Shown here: positions 29,642 through 40,223 of the stretch, one piece after another
How the letters are laid out: every line of letters starts with the position of its first letter
Position numbering within the stretch: the stretch's first letter is position 1
DNA from: a virus
Lineage: Duplodnaviria > Caudoviricetes
Strand: one strand, 5' to 3'
Virus record (IMG/VR): IMGVR_UViG_3300014204_000130
Location: 32,001-96,000 of that record
Length of the DNA stretch: 64,000 nucleotides
Notes under the pieces: generated by a model
Told to the model about the DNA's origin: nothing
The model's database searches: none
The model's input: the letters and a program-made list of their open reading frames with translations, nothing else
Position numbers and translations under genes: made by a program

Positions 29642-30283
29642 ATGAAATTCAAACTTACGGAAAATTTTAAAATTGTTAATGGTATTAAGTTTTTCCAAAT
29701 TCAGGCTTTGAAATCTTTTGAACGTATAATCTCTGGTGAGCTTGGAGGTTGGATTGAAAAAGACTCCAATCTTTCACAAGAATTAAATGCTTGGGTATAT
29801 GGGGATGCTCGGGTATATGGGGATGCTCGGGTATATGGGGATGCTTGGGTATCTGGGAATGCTCAGGTATATGGGAATGCTCAGGTATCTGGGAATGCTC
29901 GGGTATATGGGGATGCTCGGGTATATGGGGATGCTTGGGTATCTGGGAATGCTCAGGTATATGGGAATGCTCAGGTATCTGGGAATGCTCAGGTATATGG
30001 GAATGCTCAGGTATCTGGGAATGCTCAGGTATATGGGAATGCTCAGGTATTTCATGTAGAACATATTAATGTAGTAAAATGTTTACAACTATCGATCCAT
30101 CATATAACAATCGATGGAGAATTTTTAAACATCGGATGTTGTTCTTTTAAAATCGAGCATTGGTTGAAAAACTATAAAGTAATTGGAATTAAAAACAACT
30201 ATTCTGAAAGTCAGATAGAAGAATATGGAAACGCTATCCGATTTATAAAAAGAACTTATTTCAAGAAGGAGAAATCTAAATGA
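29642..30283 (+). CDS. Hexapeptide-repeat (left-handed beta-helix) phage protein
   Basis: GELGGWIEK..NL N-terminus; 14 full (N/D)A(R/W/Q)V(Y/S)G repeats; IGC C-terminus. Confidence 0.85.
   Translation: MKFKLTENFKIVNGIKFFQIQALKSFERIISGELGGWIEKDSNLSQELNAWVYGDARVYGDARVYGDAWVSGNAQVYGNAQVSGNARVYGDARVYGDAWVSGNAQVYGNAQVSGNAQVYGNAQVSGNAQVYGNAQVFHVEHINVVKCLQLSIHHITIDGEFLNIGCCSFKIEHWLKNYKVIGIKNNYSESQIEEYGNAIRFIKRTYFKKEKSK
29786..30052 (+). repeat. 18-nt tandem repeat, ~14.8 units
   Basis: (A/G)ATGCTCNGGTAT(A/C)TGGG-type units. Confidence 0.9.
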
Positions 30284-30456
30284 AATATTGTATTGTTTTC
30301 AACATCAATGGAAATGATGTAAAATCAATCGGATCATTTGAAAATGAATCCGATGCAATTAACTTTGGATTAACAAATTTAAAAGTTACTTTTTGGACAA
30401 CAACAGTCATTACTCCAGAAGGATATATTTTATTAAACAAGGAGAAATCTAAATGA
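30280..30456 (+). CDS. 58-aa hypothetical protein between 20-nt direct repeats (not in the ORF track)
   Basis: MKYCIVFNING...NKEKSK; AAGGAGAAATCTAAATGAAA at 30266 and 30439. Confidence 0.65.
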   Translation: MKYCIVFNINGNDVKSIGSFENESDAINFGLTNLKVTFWTTTVITPEGYILLNKEKSK

Positions 30457-31918
30457 AAATTCCAGAATTCACAATGCCCGAACCCATCACAGAACAAACA
30501 CAGATTCAAATGCTTGAATCTCGTATCAAGGAACTTGAATATCAACTCAATTCTCTCAACAAGTTCGAAGGGAAACCCTTCTATCATAAGGCCGATTTGG
30601 TTCATGTATCGATGGGATTGAACGATGAACAATTCCACGATCTTTCTAAGATTGTAAGATATTGGTTGAACAAATACGTTGGTTCTGGAGAACCTTCCAG
30701 AATCTTTCAGGAGATCGAAGAAGCCCCTCTATCTCTCCGTGAGAAGATCTATCTCACATATAAAATATCTGCCAACTTGGTTGGTGGCCCCGGAGGTGGA
30801 GGATGTGGCCCAAGCATCAAAGTTGGATCATTGGAGGATTTCATGAAGATGATCCAAGCAGGTTTACCAAAATGAAGATAATTGACAAGATTAGAATTCG
30901 CGATACAAAAAATATTTCAAATTATGGACATAAACTTACAAAATTTAAACATCTTGTTATCTATGATGTAACTGATAAACTTCTAAGGATTTTGGCACAG
31001 TGTAAAGTCTGTCATGGAGGTATCATGATTACATTTAACACACGTTATAAAACTATTAACCGAACTGGAAACTTAATTGGTAGTCATCTGATATGTAATT
31101 GTGAAAAATGACACGAGAACAAAAAAGATTAATAGCCTTCAATGTTGCATCGATCATATCTACATCGTCGGATGTTAAATCTGACATGATAGATATGATC
31201 GATAGACTTGCAATTGTGTTTGATATAGATCCAAATTATGTCAGGGAAGAATCATTCTATCATTCAACCATAATTGCTTCAATGCTTGAACATTACAATA
31301 TCAATCAAACAACAATGGTTAGTTAATTAACCATTTACTTAATCTAAGGAGAATAAAAATGTTTCGTAACTTCAATAATATTAAGATCACAAAGGATTCA
31401 ATCTTGTTCGTGATGGAAACAACTTTGGAAGAAGTATCGATTAAATATGATTTGAATATCGATTGGATGTCCGAAGTTGTAAAAACTTTGCATGGAACCG
31501 AAGGAGAATCCATGTTCCTTGGTGGTAGTTGGTTGATTATTCGTAAAAATAAAATCGAATATAAAGTCTACATGCATCCAGTTATCAGATATTACATCAA
31601 CAAATCATTGAATGGTACTGGAGAATTCGATCTCAACTATCGGAAACAATTGCGCGGCCAATTCTCCAGAAAGCATATGGATGTGTTCTTTATGGATGCC
31701 ATTGATCAAGAATATGTGGGAGATGAAATCTTTCAAGAGGCTATTAATAATATAAAATTATTGGCCGAAGAATTCTCATTTGGTATTGAATCCAAACCAA
31801 CCATTATATTTGCTCCTGCACTTACATATTTAATTGATGATCAACAGGGTAATGAAGATCCAATGTTCTCATACATCATCATCAAGAATTCCAAGGTGGT
31901 AAATGAAGGAGTTCGCTG

Positions 31919-32092
31919 ATGATTGAATTAATTGAAATCGTTGGATTAATATTTCTGTTTATAATTCGGATTACTGCATTGTTCTTGTATGTATATGTAG
32001 TTGGATTGATTGCACTTTGCGCACTCATGTTATTCCCATATGTTGTGGGAATAATGTGTGTTGGAATCATGTTGAAAGGAGTATTGAAATGA
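31919..32092 (+). CDS. 57-aa hydrophobic membrane peptide (not in the ORF track)
   Basis: AAGGAG RBS; MIELIEIVGLIFLFIIRITALFLYVYVVGLIALCALMLFPYVVGIMCVGIMLKGVLK. Confidence 0.55.
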   Translation: MIELIEIVGLIFLFIIRITALFLYVYVVGLIALCALMLFPYVVGIMCVGIMLKGVLK

Positions 32093-33375
32093 TTCGACAG
32101 GATATTACATTGGTTGAATATGCTCGATCTCTAGGATATAGAATTGATCGTGGAAGAGATGACTTCTTATTGGTTAATGGAAAACTTCCAACCTACAAAT
32201 ATGGAAGAGAAGAACATATTGGTTGTTCTGGAGATAGTTATAAGTTTTATCGTGGGAAAATAGCTATCTGGTTGGCAAGTAGAGTTGTTGGTAATAATCG
32301 AGTAATGTGTTGGATATGTGCCACTTGTAATGAAGAAGGAGGCTTTCTATTGAATCCTCAATATTATGATGATCTTAAAATAGCATTAGATGAAGGAGTA
32401 TTGAAATGTTAATTCTTTCTGAAGAAGAATATCTTTCAATCAATGGTGCAAGTAGACAAGGCATTGGAGATTGTGCCTTGCATAAAAACATTAAGGAGAA
32501 TCAAAAACAAGAACTGGTTGAACGACAAGCACAAAAGGATCGTGAGTTGTTGGATCGTCGTGAAACTCTTCGTAAAGAATATCAACTCAAATTGGAAGCT
32601 GGAGAAGTCCGACCTCCAACCAGAACTGAACGATTGATTATGACTGCCAATGGACATGATGATCGTGGAGACGTTAAAGCGGCTCGGAGAATTCTTGAAA
32701 AACAAGGAATTGAATGGAGGAATGTAAAAGTTATATGAAAAAAGTTACACGTTGGGAATCCATTGATGGTAGATCATTCAAGACCGAACATGAATGTATG
32801 TTGTATGAGACAGAAGATCGACTGATAAACATGTTGATTGAATTGATTGACAATTATATCATTGGTAATGAACTGGACCATGCAAAGTTCACAGTCCGAT
32901 TCAAAGAATTATTCACATTGGGAATTCGGGAACTCAAGAATACAAAAGGAGAATCAAAATGAATAACAAAGAAACATTGAAATGTTTTGACATCATGAGT
33001 GCATTTATAGATGGAAAGATTGTTCAATGTAAATGGAGAACTGATGTCGAATGGCGTGAATTGTCAACCATTGACCCAGTTTGGAATTGGACTGATTTTG
33101 AATATAGAATCAAAGCCGAACCATCGTATCGTCCTTGGAGAACCGTGGATGAAGTTCCAGTTGGGGCAATCATTCGCGATAAAAGATCTTCTAATTTGAG
33201 AACGATGATTGGAGGTGTATGGACTCGAAAGAATGGAGAATCAACGGTTGTGAAGTTAATGGCAGGTCATACAGATCCCGTTACTACCCCATGGCTATTG
33301 GAAAATTACACATTGGATGATGGTTCGCCCTGTGGCATAAAGATAGAATAGTCGTCCAACAAAAGACAAATCTGC

Positions 33376-33406
33376 AACCCCACCAGAACATCGGTGGGGT
33401 TTTTTG
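33376..33406 (+). terminator. Intrinsic terminator, copy 1
   Basis: AACCCCACC/GGTGGGGTT stem plus T-run. Confidence 0.8.
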
Positions 33407-33476
33407 TTGTCAATTTCATGACGATTGCGTATCATGTATGCGTGGTAATCATGCCGCCAGTTAAAGGGGGAGATAT

Positions 33477-33965
33477 ATGAAGGTAGGTGATATATACAAT
33501 GAATGCGAAGTTATGGAATTGCTTCCAGATCCAAAGTGTCCCATTGGTGGAAGACATCCAACTGCAAGGGTCAGGTGTTTTTGTGGGAAGATATTCATTT
33601 GCCAACGTGGAAACTTATCTAATGGCAATACCCGTTCGTGTGGTTGTTTGAATATTCAATTATTAATTGGAAGATCAACTACACATGGTATGTCGAAGAC
33701 TCCAATCTATCATGTCTGGGAAGATATGATATCCAGATGTTCAAATCCGAATTCATGCAATTGGGATAACTATGGTGGACGTGGAATTGAAGTTTGTGAA
33801 CGATGGAGAAAGTTCGAAAACTTCTTTCAAGATATGGGAGATATCCCGGAAGATGGATTGACAATTGATCGTAAGAACAACGAAGGCAATTACGAGAAAG
33901 ACAATTGTCGATGGGCAACCCGGTTACAACAAGCAAGAAATCGAAGGCCGCATATAAAAGAATAA
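33477..33965 (+). CDS. Free-standing HNH homing-endonuclease-like protein
   Basis: CFCG, TRSCGC, YGGRGIEVCERW, TIDRKNNEGNY..NCRWAT..QQARNRR. Confidence 0.85.
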   Translation: MKVGDIYNECEVMELLPDPKCPIGGRHPTARVRCFCGKIFICQRGNLSNGNTRSCGCLNIQLLIGRSTTHGMSKTPIYHVWEDMISRCSNPNSCNWDNYGGRGIEVCERWRKFENFFQDMGDIPEDGLTIDRKNNEGNYEKDNCRWATRLQQARNRRPHIKE

Positions 33966-33982
33966 TTGTCCAACAAAAGACA

Positions 33983-34012
33983 AACCCCACCAGAACATCG
34001 GTGGGGTTTTTT
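33983..34012. terminator. Intrinsic terminator, copy 2, at the convergence of the + and - gene blocks
   Basis: Same stem as copy 1; T-run on +, A-rich upstream (possibly bidirectional). Confidence 0.75.
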
Positions 34013-34027
34013 GTTGTCTATTTGAAT

Positions 34028-34636
34028 TCAGATTTTCAACAGGTCTTCTGGTATGTCTTCCAATTCAAGATCTGGAGTAGATGTTTTCTTGAATGTCACT
34101 ACTTCCAATTTTGAATCTTCATCCAGTTTTGCAAGTTCAAGTGTGTGACCATTCTCTATTTCTTTCTGAGAAATAATTGCACTCACAGCAGTCTTTTTCA
34201 TGGTATCCATGAATGATCGCAACAATTCCATTTTCAATTGCTTTGCCTCTTCATCGGTTCCAGTTACTCGGGACTGTTCAAATTTCTGTGAAATGTTTTG
34301 AGTATCCAGATATTCTTTCAATATTGATTCGGTATCATTCATCTGCGTCATGGTTTTCAAACCATAATTTCCGACATATTTGAACAATGAAAGAATCTTA
34401 TCTAATGGCATTGTTGCCATAGATTCATCAGAGAACAATCGCTTATCTAGTTTATCAATCCACTCTTCCAATTTTATCAACAACTTCTGTCGGATATTGG
34501 TTGATAACTTGAGAGTCTGTAACAATTGACGTTTTCTGAGAATCTGAACTTTTCTATTCAAATTATCAATGGTTGCTGAACGATCTTCCAATACACAAAG
34601 ATCATTCCTACCAATTCGAATTGTTTCATTTTTCAT
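34028..34636 (-). CDS. Hypothetical helical protein
   Basis: 202-aa ORF, last gene of the - strand operon. Confidence 0.6.
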   Translation of the reverse strand: MKNETIRIGRNDLCVLEDRSATIDNLNRKVQILRKRQLLQTLKLSTNIRQKLLIKLEEWIDKLDKRLFSDESMATMPLDKILSLFKYVGNYGLKTMTQMNDTESILKEYLDTQNISQKFEQSRVTGTDEEAKQLKMELLRSFMDTMKKTAVSAIISQKEIENGHTLELAKLDEDSKLEVVTFKKTSTPDLELEDIPEDLLKI

Positions 34637-34957
34637 TTGTGATGGGCCTCAAATAACTTTGCCTGTGTGTAATAGTCGTGTTTCTTGTCTATTATACAAT
34701 TTTCATGTGGAGTTGCATAGACAAATGATAACAGTCTGAATAAATATTTCAAAATGTGGTTGTTTCTGTACTTTTTCAGACTATTCTTTCGGATTGATCT
34801 GATATAAGACTGTGGAATATGACATGATTCTGGATCGTATTTCTTGAGAATTCCAAAAAATAATCTCAATGCAACCATCCGATGTTCATAACTACATTTA
34901 ATCTTCGACGTAGTTATCATTGAATCAAATAATTGATTTAAACTTTTTTCAATTTGA

Positions 34958-35845
34958 TTAAACAAAACAGATTCTCAGGAAGTTCTTGTATAGATTTCCA
35001 AGATTTCGTTCACCTAACAATTCATGTAATCGATCTTTACTACTCTTTGTTTCATGTTGGATTAAATATTTAATCCGAGTTTGCAATTTTTCGTCCAAGA
35101 TTGGAATTCTCAAAGACATGAGTTTAATATTTCTATTTAAAATATCAATCCCTTCGATCATCGCTATTTCTTTCTTACTTCTGTCGGACTTCCCGGCAAT
35201 GCCATCCAATATGGCTTGGAGTCCACCGTATTCCTCAATCAATTTCTTGGCCGATTTAGGACCAATTCCAAAGATTCCGGGAATATTATCGGATGTCTTG
35301 GAGTTCTCACCCACCATACATTTGTAATCTAAGAAGTATTTCTTTTCAATATCCATTACATATTTGAAATTCTCTTCATCGATTGTAATGCCTTTGGTTG
35401 GTTCAAACACTACAATATTTGGTCCGATCAATTGCAATAAATCTTTGTCAGTTGAAACCAGAATTACATGATTATGTGCTTTAAGCATAGATGCAACACA
35501 TGCAATATAATCATCAGCTTCGTATCCAGCACCTTCCAATGATATGAATCCACATGCTTTAATTAATTCAATGAAGAATTTATTATCTACACGATAACGT
35601 AATCGTTCCTCTTCGTTATCATCCTCTTCTCTTCTGGCTTTGTATTCCGGATATAAAGTACAACGCCTTTCAGATTTACATGTATCGAATGTAAAAACGA
35701 ATCTTTTGTCAGAATGTTTTTCACGGAATGACAGAAAAGAATTCAATATTGATTCAAGATATCCAGCGTTTTTACGATCAATTGCATAATACAAACGACT
35801 GAATAAATTCTTTCCGTCGATCACCATTACTTTCTTTTCTGACAT
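34958..35845 (-). CDS. 5'-3' exonuclease / flap endonuclease (PolA-N / T4 RNase H-like)
   Basis: VIDG, YKARR, YEADD, STDKDL and SDNIPGIFGIGPK motifs. Confidence 0.92.
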   Translation of the reverse strand: MSEKKVMVIDGKNLFSRLYYAIDRKNAGYLESILNSFLSFREKHSDKRFVFTFDTCKSERRCTLYPEYKARREEDDNEEERLRYRVDNKFFIELIKACGFISLEGAGYEADDYIACVASMLKAHNHVILVSTDKDLLQLIGPNIVVFEPTKGITIDEENFKYVMDIEKKYFLDYKCMVGENSKTSDNIPGIFGIGPKSAKKLIEEYGGLQAILDGIAGKSDRSKKEIAMIEGIDILNRNIKLMSLRIPILDEKLQTRIKYLIQHETKSSKDRLHELLGERNLGNLYKNFLRICFV

Positions 35846-35868
35846 TTGAGAGTCCTTTTAAATAAAAT

Positions 35869-35892
35869 AGAGGGTAGGTTGCCCTACCCTCT
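35869..35892 (-). terminator. Terminator after the Hc1-like gene
   Basis: AGAGGGTAGG/CCTACCCTCT stem with a T-rich tail on the - strand. Confidence 0.65.
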
Positions 35893-35911
35893 TATTCTAC
35901 CACATGGAGAA

Positions 35912-36265
35912 CTACTTTGCAACCTTAGTCGCCTTTACGGGAGCCGCGACAACCGGAGTAGCAACGGCAACGGGAGCTGCTTTCTTTCCACGCTTCTTTG
36001 CCGCTCGTGCAGCGCGTGCATCGGCCATTCTGGCCTTTGTCTGGTCACTGATATTGCGCCTTCTAACTGGAAGTGCTGCTTTCATTGATTGAAGTTCTGC
36101 ACGACCAAGACTACATGCTTTCCGAATTGCAAGGAAACACTTTCTTGCAACGGCTGCGGAACGCTTCTTGTTGTCCGAAATGAATTTGTAAATCTCACCT
36201 TCAACCATTTGCAGGTTGCTTTTGATCTGTGAAAGAATCGGTTCAAACTTGTTATTGGTGCTCAT
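35912..36265 (-). CDS. Histone H1-like (Hc1-type) basic DNA-binding protein
   Basis: KFISDNKKRSAAVARKCFLAIRK resembles the Hc1 K.NKAA..R.RK motif; Ala/Lys/Arg tail; own promoter (TTGACA-N17-TATTGT, 36327-36299) and terminator. Confidence 0.6.
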   Translation of the reverse strand: MSTNNKFEPILSQIKSNLQMVEGEIYKFISDNKKRSAAVARKCFLAIRKACSLGRAELQSMKAALPVRRRNISDQTKARMADARAARAAKKRGKKAAPVAVATPVVAAPVKATKVAK

Positions 36266-36696
36266 ATGAAACTCCTTGAATTTTAAAATTGTATTTTTAC
36301 AATAACATGAACTGTATTGCTTGTCAATTAGTTAGCCAAGATTATTTTCTTTTCCGGTGGAAGTGCAATGTCACATTTTGCAGATGCACATTGATCAATC
36401 ATTTCAACCAATACATCATAACGTGGATCATTTCCATGAATTTCTTCATAAGCCATAACCATCGAAACATTCAAATGCTTTGAATACTTCGGATTATCGC
36501 CATTGATAGTCGTTTGAACTTTTTTCCCGTTTATTGCACGAGAAAATGAATACATGAAATCTTCCGGAGAAACTTCCAGAAAATTATTATTCAATCGAAA
36601 CTCAGAAGAAAGCACCATTGTAAGTCCATCGCCTGCTGTTGTGGAAATACGGTAGATCGTGTTCTTTGCCGTCATTGCTTCCCGAACATTCATTAC

Positions 36697-37932
36697 TTAA
36701 CTCCTATCGATTCTTAATCTTTCAAAAACTGGATGTCGTAACGATTTATCTTTCGTTACTTCCATATACGTTATTTCGATCAACTTGTCAATCATTTTAT
36801 CTTTTTCCATCCAAAATGATTTCCTTTGTTCATCCGTAAATCCCGAACCAACATTTACTTTTACTCCATAGAAATCAACAGTAAATGCTCCAAGCATTCC
36901 TTCATACTTGGTTCCTTTATCTCCTTCAATACAACAAATTACTCTGACATCTTCACTGTGCTTGTCTTTGAATTTCAACCACATCTTTGAACGTTTGAAT
37001 TCATATTTTGATTGAGGATGCTTAACCATTATCCCCTCTTTACCTTGATCAATATATTTACGTGCAAGTTTCAAGAGTAAAGGATAACTAGAAGCCAGCT
37101 TTACATATGGAACAAAACTTACATATTCCGACGATTTCAATGTTGATAGTTGAAATACTCTTTCAACAAGTAGTCTTTCAGTATCAATTACATCAAAGAT
37201 TGCATATTTACATTGATTTCGGATGATCGTATTATCCAAGTCGATTGTCTTTCGTTGGACAATTTTCATCAACTTCTGGAAATCGGAAGCGTAAATCTCA
37301 CCGTCAAGAGTGATATTCAAATGTCCAAAATTCCTGATAACATCTCGTTTAATATTCTCCAAAAGGAATTCCGGGAGGACATGACCATCCCGAGAGGTGA
37401 AAGTTGCAACGCCATCCTTAATCTCACACGTCGCACGAATCCCATCGATTTTCAGGTTCACATATACCCAAGGGGTATCGGCGAATAAACGTGTGAAGTC
37501 TTCTTCAGTCGCTTTTGTCGCAAGCATGATTCCCATCTCCTTGAGAAGACCGGGAAATGCTTTGTTGATTGTCTTAACAGAAATCCCAATTCCAAGATCC
37601 CGATCAAGACCTCTCAAGAAATATTCTTGAACGAGTTTGGTATGCATGGTGAGAAAGGTCTGGATCAATTGGATCTTTGCATTCCGGCCATCGGTTATTA
37701 AAATCTTATTAAACAGATGAATCGGAAATTTATTATTCAATCCAGATCCATTCAATTTGATCTGTTTGGATGTGATATCAAATGTAATATCCTTTGAATA
37801 TACAAATTGAAAAAGTGCTTTCAAATCATCTTGATTCTCAGTTGCATCTGCATGAGAATAGAATTTGAGAAGTCTTACTTTTTCAGTTGATGAATTTGTA
37901 TGTTTAATCTGTTCAAGTAATTCTGCTATCAT
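36697..37932 (-). CDS. ATP-dependent DNA ligase
   Basis: LKIDGIR (KxDG), LDGEIY, EGIMVK, WLKFK, VGSGF and SLRHPVF motifs. Confidence 0.93.
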   Translation of the reverse strand: MIAELLEQIKHTNSSTEKVRLLKFYSHADATENQDDLKALFQFVYSKDITFDITSKQIKLNGSGLNNKFPIHLFNKILITDGRNAKIQLIQTFLTMHTKLVQEYFLRGLDRDLGIGISVKTINKAFPGLLKEMGIMLATKATEEDFTRLFADTPWVYVNLKIDGIRATCEIKDGVATFTSRDGHVLPEFLLENIKRDVIRNFGHLNITLDGEIYASDFQKLMKIVQRKTIDLDNTIIRNQCKYAIFDVIDTERLLVERVFQLSTLKSSEYVSFVPYVKLASSYPLLLKLARKYIDQGKEGIMVKHPQSKYEFKRSKMWLKFKDKHSEDVRVICCIEGDKGTKYEGMLGAFTVDFYGVKVNVGSGFTDEQRKSFWMEKDKMIDKLIEITYMEVTKDKSLRHPVFERLRIDRS

Positions 37933-38433
37933 AATTTCATCGTTTCCTTTTCCATATTATCATATTGGTTAAACATGATTTCCAGATCATTCGAATCCAA
38001 AAGTAATTTCTCTTTTTGCAAAAATACTCTATCGTATCTATTTACAAATTCAAGGAATTCAAGTCTTTGATCAAGAGTATATTTTCGTCGTTCAAATTCA
38101 ATTTCAACACGGCGATAATCGGATAAGTCCAACAATGGACGACGATCTAAGGCTTTCTTGAAATAGCTTTCCAATGTCGCCTTAACTAATTCTTTTATCT
38201 TCATGAGATGAAAGATATTTCGAATTGAATATTTTTCAATCAACTCTGTAAGAATTTCAATTCCAAAGTTGAATATGAAATCTGTGATGAATGTAACTCC
38301 CAAATTTGAGGAATTGCACAAGACATAAATATACGACATTTTTGCATAGATATCCGTGGGAATGACAAGTTCAACCAATCTGAATTGTTTCTTTTCAAAT
38401 GCTTTAAGAATTTTATGCTTTCCATAAATCTCC

Positions 38434-39033
38434 CTAAGCGTTTGCAATCGCTTCGACATTGGTTACTCCATTCTCAATTCGGAATCGATATACTTTATCA
38501 GATTTGTCGGCAATCTGATCTTCATGTGTGATCATGATAAATTGCATTCCGAATTCCTTGGATACCTGACATAACCATTCAACTGCAAGATTAAGTCTTT
38601 CACTGTCCAAATTCTTGAAGGGTTCATCGAAAATGATTGTCTGTCGAAGTGTTGCTGAAAACATTCTAACAAAAGATATTCGCAATGCCGTAGTGATGAT
38701 ATCCATAACTCCCCCACCCTTGGCATCTGTAAGTGGAGTTAAGTTTCCATCAGTTTCCATATACATGTCATATGCAATGATCTTCTTACCCTTATTCACA
38801 ATGATCTTGAACTTGATTTCTTTATCGACATAGATGCATTTCAAGGCACTGTTCGCCAAAGATTCAAGTTTATTCTTAATAATGGACCGGGTGTGTTCTG
38901 AAAAGTCCATCAAAAGATTTTTGACGTTTGACAACAAAATCAAATCCGACTTCATCTTCTCAATCCTATTTGTATTTTCTTCAAACTGATTGAGAAGATG
39001 TTTGTATTTTGATTTAACTTCGATGTTATCCAT
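38434..39033 (-). CDS. sbcC: SbcC/Rad50 C-terminal half
   Basis: AKGGG signature-like, IIFDEPF Walker B/D-loop, IMITH H-loop; no Walker A. Confidence 0.85.
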   Translation of the reverse strand: MDNIEVKSKYKHLLNQFEENTNRIEKMKSDLILLSNVKNLLMDFSEHTRSIIKNKLESLANSALKCIYVDKEIKFKIIVNKGKKIIAYDMYMETDGNLTPLTDAKGGGVMDIITTALRISFVRMFSATLRQTIIFDEPFKNLDSERLNLAVEWLCQVSKEFGMQFIMITHEDQIADKSDKVYRFRIENGVTNVEAIANA

Positions 39034-39292
39034 TCAAAAGATTCTCCAGATTAACCACATGAACCTTCATCTTTTCAATATTTTCCAAGATGATCTTCTC
39101 GGAATCGGATATTTTCTTTTCGAATTCTGCAATGTTTGTATCTATTTCGGAAAGTGATTCGATTTGAAATTCATCTCTCAACATATTCATGTGTGCTTCA
39201 TGTTTGGCATTTGCCGCTTGAATTCCTTTTTCAACTTTCGACTGCCGAAGTGTAAGAGTTGAAATTTCTTTCTTAATTTCATCAATATTCAT
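39026..39292 (-). CDS. 88-aa coiled-coil protein (possible SbcC middle piece)
   Basis: Heptad-rich; overlaps the start of SbcC-C. Confidence 0.55.
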   Translation of the reverse strand: MNIDEIKKEISTLTLRQSKVEKGIQAANAKHEAHMNMLRDEFQIESLSEIDTNIAEFEKKISDSEKIILENIEKMKVHVVNLENLLNG

Positions 39293-39310
39293 TCTACATT
39301 CCTCCTAGCG

Positions 39311-40222
39311 TTAATATGGTAGTTCTATACCATGAGTAAATCTGATAACATCCCTCAACTTTAAAGGACCGTCCATACAATATTTGTAAAGTTGTGGATG
39401 TGTTTCAAATAGTCTATGAAACCTAGTTGTTTTATTCTTTTTCAATTCCATACCCACACCGAACATACAGAATATACATCCTGTTCTTGTGTAACCCATA
39501 TCATATATTTTTGAATACTGGACATCTTTTGTTTTTATGTATTCCCAAATGTCCGATTCCAACCAGAAAGATAGAGGTCTTGAGGAAGGTCTATTCGCCT
39601 TAAAAGCATTACATCCATCTCTCAAATAAGACGCTTTTCTCTGATCCCCATCAGATGCCATTGTTCCAATAAATGGATGATCTCCTATGAGATCCATTGG
39701 TTTTTTTTCCAATTCCCGACAGCATTTGTCGGAAATCATAAAAGGTGCTTTTAAAAGATGTTTCCAACATTCTGAAACTTTAGATATTTGCATATAAGAT
39801 CCATCTGATCGATAACCAGTTTCGCGCAATCTTCTTAAAATATCAGATTTTGTTTTTTGATGTTCTCCAACATATTGAGCTATCATCTTTGAAACTACCG
39901 GATACCCATATTTTTGAATGACTTCTAAAAATGATATTTTTGGTTTCACCCATTCTACATTTTTAATTGTTTTTACGAAGTCTCTAATTTCTGGAAATTC
40001 CAATCCAGTATCGGCAAATATTGCTTTTGTTTCGGGAAATATACTTCTAATTAAATGTAATAAAACAGTTGAATCTTTTCCTCCGGAAAAACTTACACAA
40101 GCCGCCGGAAATTGGGAAAACCATTCATAAATTCGTTTTATTGATGCGTTTATTTTTTCTTCCAATGGAAGTGACTGCATTTGAACCAATTTCACCCATC
40201 GAATTTGTTCATCGATATTCAT
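39311..40222 (-). CDS. PAPS reductase-family protein
   Basis: SFSGGKDS PP-loop, DTGLEFPE, KCC, RTGCIFC. Confidence 0.88.
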   Translation of the reverse strand: MNIDEQIRWVKLVQMQSLPLEEKINASIKRIYEWFSQFPAACVSFSGGKDSTVLLHLIRSIFPETKAIFADTGLEFPEIRDFVKTIKNVEWVKPKISFLEVIQKYGYPVVSKMIAQYVGEHQKTKSDILRRLRETGYRSDGSYMQISKVSECWKHLLKAPFMISDKCCRELEKKPMDLIGDHPFIGTMASDGDQRKASYLRDGCNAFKANRPSSRPLSFWLESDIWEYIKTKDVQYSKIYDMGYTRTGCIFCMFGVGMELKKNKTTRFHRLFETHPQLYKYCMDGPLKLRDVIRFTHGIELPY

Positions 40223-40223
40223 T

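Larger units (their letters stand above)
33354..34018 (+). mobile_element. HNH gene cassette between duplicated palindrome+terminator units
   Basis: GTCCAACAAAAGACAAA...CCCCACCAGAACATCGGTGGGGTTTTTTGTTGTC at 33354-33411 and 33968-34018. Confidence 0.7.

Noticed and set aside
29783-30069. Three repetitive ORFs (YLSIP, MLGY, WECSG)
   Set aside because: Other frames of the 18-nt coding repeat
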